Below, one piece after another: positions 63,048 through 64,000 of a stretch of DNA of 64,000 bases. The notes beneath the pieces were generated by a model that was not told where the DNA came from, did not search any database, and saw only the letters and a program-made list of their open reading frames with translations. The position numbers and the translations under genes are program-made. The first letter of the stretch is position 1. Every line of letters starts with the position of its first letter. Source of the stretch: Chrysemys picta bellii (Eukaryota); assembly GCF_011386835.1 (NCBI RefSeq), contig NC_088800.1, positions 39,866,001-39,930,000 on the forward strand, given 5' to 3'.

Positions 63048-64000
63048 GGCCTGGTCTACACTAGGAGGTTATGTCAAATTTAGCAGCGTTAAATCGAATT
63101 AACCCTGCACTCGTCCACACAACGAAGCTATTTAGTTCGACATAGAGGTCTCTTTAATTCGATTTCTGTACTCCTCCCCGACGAGGGGAGTAGCGCTAAA
63201 TTCGACATGGCCATGTCGAATTAGGGTAGGTGTGGATGGAATTCGACGCTAATAGCTCCGGGAGCTATCCCACAGTGCACCACTCTGTTGACACTCTGGA
63301 CAGCAGTCCGAGCTCGGATGCTCTGACCAGCCACACAGGAAAAGCCCCTGGAAAATTTGAATTCCTTTTCCTGTCTGGCCAGTTTGAATCTCATTTCCTG
63401 TTTGGACATCGTGGCGAGCTCAGCAGCACTGGCAAGGATGCAGAGCTCTCCAGCAGAGGTGATCATGCAATCGCTGAATAGAAAGAGGGCCCCAGCATGG
63501 ACTGATCGGGAAGTCTTGGATCTGATCGCTGTGTGGGGCGATGAGTCCGTGCTTTCGGAGCTGCGCTCCAAGAAACGGAATGCAAAGATCTACGAGAAGA
63601 TCTCAAAAGCCATGACAGAGAGAGGATACAGCCGGGATGCAATGCAGTGCTGCGTGAAAATCAAGGAGCTGAGACAAGGGTGCCAGAAGACCAAAGAGTC
63701 AAACGGACGCTCCGGATCCCAGCCCCAGACATGCCGTTTCTACGAGGCACTGCATTCCATTCTAGGTGCGGCCACCACCACTACCCCACCACTGACCGTG
63801 GACTCTGAGGATGGGATATTGTCGACGGCCGCTTCCTCGGAGATGTAGTGGACAGGGAAGATGAGAAAGGAGATGAGGAGGACGAGGCAGTCGACAGCGC
63901 TTACAACGCTGATTTCCCCGACAGCCAGGATCTCTTCATCACCCTCACGGAGATCCCCTACCAACCCTCCCCAGGCGTTAATCCGGACCCTGAATCAGGG
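63048..64000 (+). mobile_element. Second Harbinger element (Myb-side end), running off the window
   Basis: TAA|ggcctggtctacacta. The first ~350 nt are homologous to the reverse complement of the right end of 47594-53134. Confidence 0.85.
63438..64000 (+). pseudogene. Frameshifted Myb/SANT-like gene of the second Harbinger
   Basis: MQSSPAEVIMQSLNRKRAPAWTDREVLDLIAVWG... stops at 63848. An acidic continuation (DREDEKGDEEDEAVDSAYNADFPDSQDLF) resumes in another frame and parallels the first element's FPNSQDMF, implying a 1-nt deletion. Confidence 0.75.

Overview
Vertebrate genomic DNA, most likely a turtle (inferred from the repeat families: turtle-type CR1 3' ends, Penelope-like fold-back repeats, hAT and Harbinger elements). 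Left 31 kb is genic: ARID3B (minus strand; non-coding exon 1 and first coding exon), two cytoplasmic 'type 5' actin genes with intronless CDS arranged as a convergent inverted pair (6547-7677 + and 18206-19336 -), and a complete UBL7 gene (11 exons, 380 aa, plus strand). Each actin copy shares a compact CpG-rich bidirectional promoter with a neighbour, giving ARID3B <-> actinA ... actinB <-> UBL7. The two actin CDSs differ at only 12 of 1131 nt, clustered in two patches around a 635-nt identical tract (gene-conversion signature). They encode two amino-acid differences, and their 3'UTRs differ by a 28-bp micro-inversion. In the right 33 kb I recognise no host gene. It is a stack of mobile DNA: an apparently intact two-gene autonomous Harbinger transposon (47594-53134), the start of a second Harbinger, several solo LTRs, many hAT MITEs with 8-bp TSDs, CR1 and RTE LINE fragments, and Penelope-like fold-back insertions carrying hammerhead-ribozyme-like motifs. 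An ancient LF-SINE-like element sits in an ARID3B intron. All alignments were done by eye, and repeat family names are from recall, not from database searches.
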